A DNA stretch of 63,999 bases, the filler included, from Jimgerdemannia flammicorona (Eukaryota), in the NCBI GenBank assembly GCA_003990765.1. It is 3 parts of 3 records of this genome, joined end to end, with 100 filler letters (N's around TTAATTAATTAA, not from the genome) between each part and the next. Parts side by side here need not be neighbours in the genome. Positions count along the whole stretch, not along the records: positions 42,877 to 63,999 come from RBNJ01001523.1; 2 more parts are not named here. One strand, written 5' to 3'. Positions 51,929-61,200 of the stretch are shown here, in pieces; position 1 is the first letter of the stretch; each line of letters begins with the position of its first letter. The translations under genes and the position numbers were made by a program. The notes under the pieces are model-generated. The model did no database searches and had not been told where the DNA came from. It saw nothing but the letters and a program-made list of their open reading frames with translations.

Positions 51929-52506
51929 TTTTTTTTTTTATAGTCTCTTGGACTCCTTTCTTTATTAATATATCAATCTATTTAATATATAGTATACCAA
52001 TCTCACTCCTACCCAATTATCTAAGGGGGAAGACCCCCCCCCACTCCCTCTCTATTAAAAACTACTAGGTCATTAATTACTGCCACCTGCCCACTACTTT
52101 GTCCACAAATTTTCTCCACCAGCCTGTGATGATGCTCACTCTATGGACTCCATTCCACCTACCACTCTATCAGCAAATCACCCAACAACTCCTCCTATCT
52201 CAACAACCTCTCCCACATATCCAGCTGTTGGCCCTTCTCAAAAACAAAGAGCCAATATCTGGCCAGCCCTACTTATATAGCTAATACCCACCCTATAGTG
52301 AGCTATTCATTACCCACACCTCCCACCAACCTAGTCCTTAAGTCTTCCCAGCAACCTCTCTCCCCATCTGGTCTCCTCTTCATATCCAGCCTATCTTCTA
52401 CTACTATCCAAAAGTCTCCCAGAATCTTGCACTCTCTCAGTCAATATTCTGAAGTCTGCTATTGAAGCACTCCTCACATTCCAGTAGACCACCATTTACT
52501 AGATGC
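51929..52506 (-). mobile_element. 5'-truncated LINE 3' fragment
   Basis: Poly(T) then the reverse complement of the LINE 3' end (GAGTCCAAGAGACTATA); approximate TSD TCTGCTT(T/C)AT at 51919-51928 and 52507-52516. Confidence 0.8.
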
Positions 52507-53379
52507 TCTGCTTCATCATTATTGAACTAGATTATATTATAGATATTCTTTATGATATATTCAACTTGAGGCATTTGTAGGATGTGGTCATTGGAGTACA
52601 GAAAGGTTCTGTCTGTGGTTTGAACATACTTAATATACTTACAGTTGAGTTCTTATATCATATAATCAATTTGGCCATAGGATAGAGTAGTAACCATTTC
52701 AGTAGTAATAACTCAGAGGCAGAAAATAAAGGTGCTGTATTTATAAAGAGTTCTCAGTATTTATGAGTAATGAGTTTCTGGTGTTAAGACATCTGAATAA
52801 TATCTATATTATGGTAGTGTTCAACTATATCTTCTAGGAGGTAGCTGATCTGATAGTAGCTTGAGATTTTTCCAATTCAGTAGACTTCACTGAGTATATT
52901 CAGGATATTTCATCAGGCTTTGACAAAGTAGAGAGGTACTAGGCTTAAGAGATAGGAGAGGTATAGCTCAGTTGATAATAGTATTTCAAATATCAGTATA
53001 GATATAATTGTAAATCTCAGTGATCATATTTATATATATGTTGTCACATAGTGGTCGCTGAGTCCTTCAAATATGCCAGATTCTCTTCAAGGTATATCTC
53101 TTAGACTAACTCAAGTTTGTTATAAGCAAGTTCTTATTGTAGTACCTTCCCAAGGTCTTATAGTCCTCAAACTTCTTATCTTTAACTATCTTGTTATCTC
53201 TTAGATTGCTTGCAAGGAAGTGTGTATATTGTACTGAGAGGAACTGACTTTATTTCAAAGGAAATAAGAGGAGTATTTATACAAAATATAATTCAATAGT
53301 TGCTAAGATATAAAGCTAAATATAAATTCCAATAACTAAAACTACTAAGTTCCAGGGTCGGTACTGATGGTTGTACAGG

Positions 53380-53514
53380 TTCAGGATACTGGCATTATTT
53401 AGTGTCACATCAAAATGCCAGTGCTGGAACAATTTCGCATTACCTCAGAATACCAGTGCTGGCATTATCCAATGTTACATGAGAATACCAGTGCTGGCAT
53501 TATCCAGTGTAACA
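53380..53514. repeat. 35-bp-period tandem repeat with palindromic core AT(G/A)CCAGTGCTGGCAT
   Basis: Cores start at 53415, 53450 and 53485, with a partial unit near 53386. Confidence 0.8.
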
Positions 53515-53520
53515 AAGAAC

Positions 53521-54294
53521 TTAAAGCAGAAAGTTCAGGATCATGGGGGCTTTATCATCATCATCATCATCATCACTGAAGGAGATGAGATCCGCGAATT
53601 CATCATGCAGGTCATGCATTTCGTGTACTTCACATGCTTCGGGTATGTCGCGCGGGATGACGTCATCGATGACGTCATCACGTTCGGCTGTGGCGGGGAA
53701 ATCGGGAACAAGATCTGGAGCTCTCCAGTCTATGAGGTTCTCTTCCACAAAATAGGGAACAAATGTGGGGTCTTGGGGAGGTCTAACCTGGATGCTTGGG
53801 CCTTGGAATACTGAGATTAATCCTTGCAGGAATTGATCTGGGTTGTCCTGGAGGATAGGGTGCCAGAAGTCTTCTACTTCTTCACTGTTGAGGGTGATAG
53901 TGGACTGGGCTTCTGTAGCCACCCTGGCTTCTAGTGCATTGATACAGCAGGATGACAGGTCTCTGAAATCTGAGACTCTAACATACTCCAAGTTGGGGAT
54001 CGACCATGGTGCATGCCTGAAGATCTGATGGATCTTCTTAGCTGTCCTTGTTTTGCATATGTCCATGGGAGTGGCATCTTGTAGCTCTTGGGTGCTGGCC
54101 TGTGGGAACTCCTGGCAGAGGAGGTTTCTTATTTCATACTCCTGCCATATTTGGAGGCATTCAGTAGCAATGGTGATCCTTGTTTCCATTTCACAATGGT
54201 AGAGAATGAAGTGATAAGGGTCTGCAGTACTCAGGTTGATACTAGGAGTCCTTCTTGAGTGGGTCCCCATGGCTCTTCTGATGTCTTGGAACAT
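53521..54294 (-). CDS. Unknown ORF (257 aa, acidic C-terminus) inside the repeat nest; probably element-borne
   Basis: Longest complex-sequence ORF in the right block; the frame continues upstream to a TAA at ~54340 that could be a mutated CAA. Confidence 0.4.
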   Translation of the reverse strand: MFQDIRRAMGTHSRRTPSINLSTADPYHFILYHCEMETRITIATECLQIWQEYEIRNLLCQEFPQASTQELQDATPMDICKTRTAKKIHQIFRHAPWSIPNLEYVRVSDFRDLSSCCINALEARVATEAQSTITLNSEEVEDFWHPILQDNPDQFLQGLISVFQGPSIQVRPPQDPTFVPYFVEENLIDWRAPDLVPDFPATAERDDVIDDVIPRDIPEACEVHEMHDLHDEFADLISFSDDDDDDDKAPMILNFLL

Positions 54295-56500
54295 CCTTTC
54301 TTCGACTGAGATACCTTGGTGGTTCCTTGACCTTGAGATTTAGTGGGCAGCAGGCATTTCATTTGTGGTAAGTCTTTGAGCTATTTTGGGATTGGTGGTT
54401 CTTGTTGGTTGCTGCTACTGCAGTTCCTTGATTCTTCTTTTATATTCTTCAGAATGCTTGTACTATAGTCACAATGACTCATAGTTGGTCATCATTGCTC
54501 ATCTCATATGCCATATAATCTTCTTATGCTCCAATCTGGTGGCTTGTAAGGAAAAGCTGTCTCCTGTGCTGATGTCATCATTCTGGGGTCACCGTTACAA
54601 TGTTCAAGAATTATAGTTATTTGTTTAGTTTGTTGTAGTTCTTTTATTTTGACATATCTAAGTGTTTGGTATATATATTCAGTTCTAATTGGTAAGATTC
54701 TATTTATGTAAATCTTGTATGTATTCTGTGACTTTGAGTTGACTTAGCTTTGTACTCCATGACTTCAGTTTGACTCAACTTTGTGATCTTGCATGTAATT
54801 TCTGGATTTGTTCTGAGAGTGATATGTGATTTTGGTAGCTTAGAGGTTGTGTACTTATATCTAAGCTTATTGGTCTCTTTCTGATCTCATTGATCTTATT
54901 GGTCTTTTCTGTGACCTTGTTACTATCCATATTACTAATCTTGTTTGCCATATTTTTGCTAGTATTATTGATCTTATTTGCTAGTCTTATATATACTAGC
55001 TTTATTGACCTTATCAGCTGGTATCCTTGTTGTGATAATTGTCTCAACCACTTGGAAGAACTTAAGTAATTATCTTAACACCAAAGAGGATTTCACTTAT
55101 CACCTGAGAGAACTTATAATTACCTCAAATACCTGAGTGAGTACTTTTATTATAATCATCTTCTGCCACTAGAGAAGACTTCATTATTATCATTAGTGGA
55201 CTTCTTTTACAATGAGACTGTATTTTCCATTATCAGAAAGCTATTATAAAGATACCTATCTTGATGCTCTGGCTCACACTCATGTTCATCAGTATAGCAT
55301 ATAAACTAGAGAAGTTCTAGTCACTAACTAGAGCTTACTACTAACTGAGCTATATAGCTACTCAGTTACTAACAGGGCTCATAATCTATTGTAATGAACA
55401 GAAGAAGTAATTTATTCAAAAAATGACTAAGTTATGTATTTTATACATTACTGATGAATGATATAAAACTGATGAAATAGTATATAGTATAAAGTCACAT
55501 ATCTATATATTAAGTTGCTATCCCAACAGAGCTTATTGATATATAATAACAAGAAAATGTTTTTTTTTTTTATCAGAAAGTATCTCTATTTTTTAAGAAT
55601 AAATAATTTCTTTTTATAAGTAATATATCTGATTTCTGCCTCTTTTTACTTTTGAGAAAAGTAGACTATTGGTTGTATTTCTTAAGAGAGGACTACTCTA
55701 ATTACTATATCTGAAACATCAAGTAACTTTAAAGAACTCTTTTAGATCATAGATTATCAATACTGATATATTAATAAGAAGTCTTTTTAGATAATTAAAG
55801 GCTTATATCTGGATAGAAGTCTAATGTTTTTTAACATTTATAGATTTTTGAGTAAGTACTATTAAAGAAGTTACTACTCTAGAGAATTCTTTTAAAAAAG
55901 TTAAATAATTCTAGAAATTCTTGTATATAATTCTTTAAGGTTTCTAGTTAGAACTAATCTTCTATAGCTTTAATCAGTTTGAGTGAGTGAAGTTTTAACT
56001 ATTTCTTTCCCAATAATATACTACTTCTTCTTATAAAAAGTGACATTTTCAAACTTTAGATATAATTGATTTTTTCTCAGTATAGTGAAGACTTCTTTCA
56101 GATATTGAAAGTATTCCTTTTGAATTATACTATAGATGAGAATATCATCATTATAAACTAGTATACACTTGTCTAATAGAGGCTTAAAAATATCATTCAT
56201 AAAGGTCTAAAATATTACTAAAGTATTTATTAATCTAAAGGATATAACTTTGAATTAATAATATCTATATCTTATTTTAAAGACTGTTTTTTTTTATGTC
56301 TCTTTTATCTATTTCTATCTGTCAAAATTCTTCTTTAAGATTACCCAAGATCATAACTTTAGCTTTGTAAAGCTGGGTGAGTAATTTCTTTATACTAGAT
56401 AGAGAATATTGGTTTTATATAGTATTCTTATTAAGTAAGCAGTAGTTTACACATATTCTCAATATTCTATTCTTCTTTTTTATAAATGGAATAGATGCTC

Positions 56501-56716
56501 CTGGGTGGTGGGTGGGTTGGGGTCTCTAGGGTGGGTGATATTACTGTCTGGTGGCAGAGATCTGTAAACTGAGTGATGGGCAGGTAGAGATGGTATTTGA
56601 CAAAGTGGTCTTTCATCAAGAGGGGGGGGTCCCCCTAGAGGGATTGGATAGGGGTGGGCACTGTGTATTATATAGAGGATAGATGGGTATATTAATAGAG
56701 GAAGAAGTCCAAGGAC

Positions 56717-56764
<48 letters not shown>
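56501..56764 (+). mobile_element. 5'-truncated LINE insertion with poly(A) and 17-bp TSD
   Basis: Perfect TSD AAATGGAATAGATGCTC at 56484-56500 and 56765-56781; poly(A) of ~45 nt. Confidence 0.92.
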
Positions 56765-56770
<6 letters not shown>

Positions 56771-57240
56771 AATAGATGCTCTATAAGAAGATATACTTGG
56801 TTTAATATATTCTTTATTAAGAAGTATCTTTAGAGTCTCTCTTAAGACTTCTAGTTCTGGCTGAGATATAGAATAAATAGACTTATAAGAAAGTAATAAT
56901 TCTGAAATTATATCAATCTTATGATTGACTTTTTTTTTAGATAGAGGTTTTATTAGTTTTTAAAATATATCAGAGAATTCTTCTAAGAGGCTGAATTATT
57001 TATAAGATATGAATAGCTTTCTTCTCTTTTAGAGCTATTTATATCAAACAGAGATAACAATATTTTATTCTCTTGACTTCTTTATAAAATCATATAGCTG
57101 AGATTATTTCTACTTATATTTACTTTGGATTTAGAGTAAGCTTTTGACCTATATTTTTATAGAGTAATTTCATTATTACTCTAATTAATATTAGAGTTGT
57201 ACTTTCTGAACTATAGGATTTTAAGTATAATATCATAATA

Positions 57241-58242
57241 ATCTTTCTCTGGTAATATTCAGATTATACAAACTTTTAACAACACTCAAGATATTATTTT
57301 TGAAGAAAAAATACTAGTAATATAGTAACCAATGAACATTCTGAGATATGTACTGGGCAGGCCAGCCATAGTGTATTCAACTAGCAGCATATAGAGAGAA
57401 GTTATGGCTTGGGGGGAAGTATATAGAGCTTGCTGGCTGGGAGATATGGAAGGGGAAGAGGTAGTACTGAAAGACAGGAGACTAAAAGGACAAGCTTCAC
57501 AGACAAGGTGAAGAGGAGTCATCTGACAACTGAACAGAAGGGCTGGCTGAAGAAGGACAAGGAGATAGTGAGGACTGCAGAGGCCAGTAGAGTGGCCCAT
57601 AGTAGTAAGAGCAGCAGGGCTGGGGGAGTACTAAATTCAGAACTAGTAATGTAGATATCAGGGTATAGCTAGTGGACAAGAAGAATATAGGGAAGGCAAG
57701 GGACTAGTCAGTGATCCTCAAATAGAGATCTGTGGAGTATAAGATCTTGAGAGTAAAAGGGATGCTAGAGGAAGAAAAGGACTTACTAGAGATATTAGAG
57801 AATCTGGCTAAAGCTATAGAGAGGAGAAGATTGGCATATGTAGAAGGAGTTTGAGACCAGGATGATTGTGGAGATTATAAATGGCAAAAAGGTGTAACTG
57901 GACCAGACAGCCTAGGAGAGAGTATAGAGAAGGTATATTCAGAAGAATCTATTGACTAAGTTGGAAGAGGAGGCAGCTAGGGGGACCACTACTGATGAAA
58001 CTGGATCAAGGGTGAGTGCTTAGGCAGGAGAGAAGGGAGTAGTGCCAGAGTAGACCCTAGGTGAGGGGGTAGGTGTAGGGCTGAGTATTGTAGTGGAGGA
58101 TATAGAGATGGTAGAGGGGGAGAGCCCTCAGTATGAGATACCAGGTAGGACTAAAGGAGATGATAAATTATAGGATATGCTGGAGGAATATTGGGATGAG
58201 TTGGTAAGGAGGAATGCAGAGGGTGAGCAGGTAGCAATCAAT
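57241..58242 (+). mobile_element. LINE 5' fragment (5' UTR, internally deleted ORF1)
   Basis: Starts ATCTTTCTCTGGTAATATTCAG; RTSFTDKV; distal part similar to 19372-19840. Confidence 0.8.
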
Positions 58243-61200
58243 ATCTTTTTCCAGTAACATTCAGATTACACAACCTTTTGGCAACACTCTTGACATAGTT
58301 TCTGGGAAAAAGCTACTAGTATTAGGGTAACCAATAAGTATTCCAAGTGCATACTGAGCAGGATAGCCCAGGGGCATTCAACTGGCAGTATGTGGAGAGG
58401 GGCTCTGGCTTAGGGGGAAGCATGAGAGGCCTGCTGGTAGGAGGATGTAGTAGGGGAGAGGGCAGCACTGGAGGTCAGGAAACAGGGAGGGCAAGCTTTG
58501 CAGATAAGGTAAAGGGGGATCAGCAGGGAGCTGGGCTGGAGGGCTGACTTAGGAGGGGCAAGGAGATAGTAAAGACTGCAGAGAAGTAGCCTCAAGAGAG
58601 AGTCTCTCTGGGAGGTAAGAGTAGTAGAGCTGGTGGTGTAGGGGCTGAGGAAGTGATTGCTGATGGAAGTATGACAGGTGATCAAGAAAAAATCTAGATA
58701 GGACTGCTGATGGTGGACTGAGCAGTGGGAAAGATATGAGACTAGTGATCTGGCAGATAGTGTAACAGAACTGGTGGTGGTACCATTACTCAAAAAGTTG
58801 ATCTCAGAGTTTGCAGTCACTTTGTGCTTCTGGGGCTTGACAGTAACAGTGAAAATGGTCCTGGGGCTGATTGCTAAGCAGGTGGCTAGAGCAGTATCCA
58901 TGAAGTTCTTGAAGAGACTAGAAGGAGTAGAGGTTGGCTTTGAGAAAGCTGGACCATTGGAGGAGGCTCTGAAGGCAGGGTTGACAGTTGGAGAGATGTA
59001 CATTCCAATAGTACACTGCTTGAGATGGGACCCCAGGGTGGTGCAACTGCTGGTGAAGGGAGTGCCCATGGTGACTGCTGAGGAGACAAGGAGAAGAGTT
59101 GTAGAAGTCATGGCTGAGTATGGTGAGGTGGTCAATGTTGGGTTCCAGATCTAGGAGGGGACCTCATTCAGGATTGGAGATATTGATGTTCAAATTCAGT
59201 TAGCAGAAAAGGAAGCTACTGGGAAGGCTAGAGACTGGCCTTCAGTGATGGTCTGGGGGGCTTTCTTGTACAAGGTGATGAGGGTGAAGGAGAGTGAGGA
59301 GGAGGAAGAGGATCTGCTGGAGACACTAGAAGAGCTGAGCAGTGCTGTAGAGTAGAGGGCTAAGGCTTGGAAGGTGTATGTTGAGTTGACACATTTGGAA
59401 GTAGTGGATGGAAAGAGAATTCAGGTTGATAAGAAGTGGTGGGAAAGATCCCAAGAATGCAAGAGACAGAGAGAGCTGTTGGCAAAACTGGATAGCAGAG
59501 CAAAGAAGGATGCTGGTGGTATTAAAATCATGGGGGGAGCCAAGGAGAGCATCTGGGTCAGCAAGGATAGAGAGAATATAAGGAAGGGGTCAGGAGGGGA
59601 AGAGGAGGTGAAGGGAAATAACCCTTATACAGATGGTACCTTTGTGGTCTGGAAGCTATTCCTGATCCCTATACCACTTATTAGATGAGGTCCAGTTTCA
59701 AGAGGCAGAGTGGTAGAGAATGTGCCCATGCAGGGAGTCCAGAGAGTATACTTTGGAGTTCTTGAGGTGGCAAAGAGGAGGCAGGTGGTGGTAGTGGGTG
59801 AGGATGAACTGGTGGATGTCCAGGAGGAGGAGTGGGATGAGATTGTAAGTATAGTGGCTAATATCTCAATGTTGAATAGAGGGTGGCCAGCGACTCCTGA
59901 GAGGAAGGAGGTGGGAAATCTGTTGTAGATATACAGGATGATGAACAACTTTACAGTGGAGGAGTTGGGGGAGATAGACCTGCAAGTGATGAGTGATGAG
60001 TATTGGGCACATATCCTGTATGGTGAGAGTGTGGTAGAGGCACTGAAGGTAGAGATTCTTGCTGTTTTCCTGAAGAAGAAAGGGTATGAGATTGATAAGG
60101 AGAGAGAGGCTGGGCTGGTAGTTGCTGCTGGTGAGAGGGCTGCTTACTATTGGGCAGAGTGGTGTGGGTTACAGCTCTGGCAGGAGGTCTGCCTAGAATA
60201 TCAGGAGGAATTTGAGATGGGGAGCTCACTGAACTTCTGGTTAGACTGGAGGCTATAAGGACTGAAGAGGAGGCAGAAGCTACAGAATATAATCTAGACC
60301 TGGCTCAGAAGGAGATAAACATGGAGCAGTAGAAGATATGCTTATTATTATATATTATTTCTTATAAACAGTATAACCAACATTTTTTCCTTAAATGTGA
60401 ATGGACTCTGGAGTTCTTTTTATTAATAGAACATTTTTGCTTAGCTGAAGAGATTAGAGGCCAATCTCTTTCTTTTGCAGGATATCAGATGTGAGGATGA
60501 TTTAGATAAACTAGAATAGATAAAGAAATGGAGAGAGGAGACAGTTTGAAAGAGCAAGGTTGGAATTCTGGTCAGGAAGAGCAGAGGGGAGATATGGAAT
60601 GTGCAGAACTGGAGAGACAGACTGGTCTGGGGTGAGTGGATTTACACTGGTTGGGAACCAGTTACAGTTAGATCCTGCTACTGTCCTACAGTGAGGAGTG
60701 AGTATATAGAGTGGGTGAAGGGTCTCCAGGAGGAAGAGACTCTGGCAGGGGCTGGAATGGATGTACTTAGCAGAGACTTTAATATGGTCAGAGATGTACT
60801 GCTGGATAGAACTGATAGAGGGTGAGGGACAGAGGGAAGGAGTGGAGGTTTGGAGGTGTGGGAGAAAGTAGAGAGACTGAGTGCTTTGGTGGATGCTGGC
60901 AGGGAGCTATGGGGTGACAGAAGGGTGTATATATATTGGACAAGTGGCCTGGGGACAAGGATTGACTGGATTTTAACAGTGGACTGCTGGGGTCTAGATG
61001 TTTAGTGGTCTCTGGAGGCAGAATGGTGTCTGTGGTCTGATCATTAGAGACTGCTAGGATGGGGACATTTTGGGGGAAGTGGGGATGGACTGGGACATTG
61101 GTGCCTCAACTCCTCTCTGGTAGACAATAAGGTGCTATGGGACAAGTGGGCTGAGGATATTCAGCAGAGGGTGGAGAGGTGGATACAGAAAGATGCCTCA

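Larger units (their letters stand above)
49969..55528 (-). mobile_element. Ty1/Copia-like element with ~140-bp LTRs (49969-50112, 55390-55528), itself carrying nested insertions
   Basis: Direct repeats TGT...CA(A)CA; flanks GAGAT/GAGCT (5-bp TSD, one mismatch); Copia-type PBS AGATTATGAGCCC after the 5' LTR; purine remnant TAGGAG before the 3' LTR. No pol motifs recognised. Confidence 0.7.
42877..57240 (-). mobile_element. Decayed chromovirus (Gypsy) split into pieces 42877-43250, 48527-49968, 55529-56500 and 56765-57240 by later insertions
   Basis: Chromodomain E|YLVK*EGYS spans the Tc1 insertion; integrase and RNase H remnants at 48700-49968; RT LVYNDDIL at ~56140-56161. Reading resumes across each insertion. 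Confidence 0.75.

Noticed and set aside
53380..53514. CRISPR-like palindromic repeats
   Set aside because: Eukaryotic context, only 3-4 units, intervening sequences short and related to each other, no cas genes.
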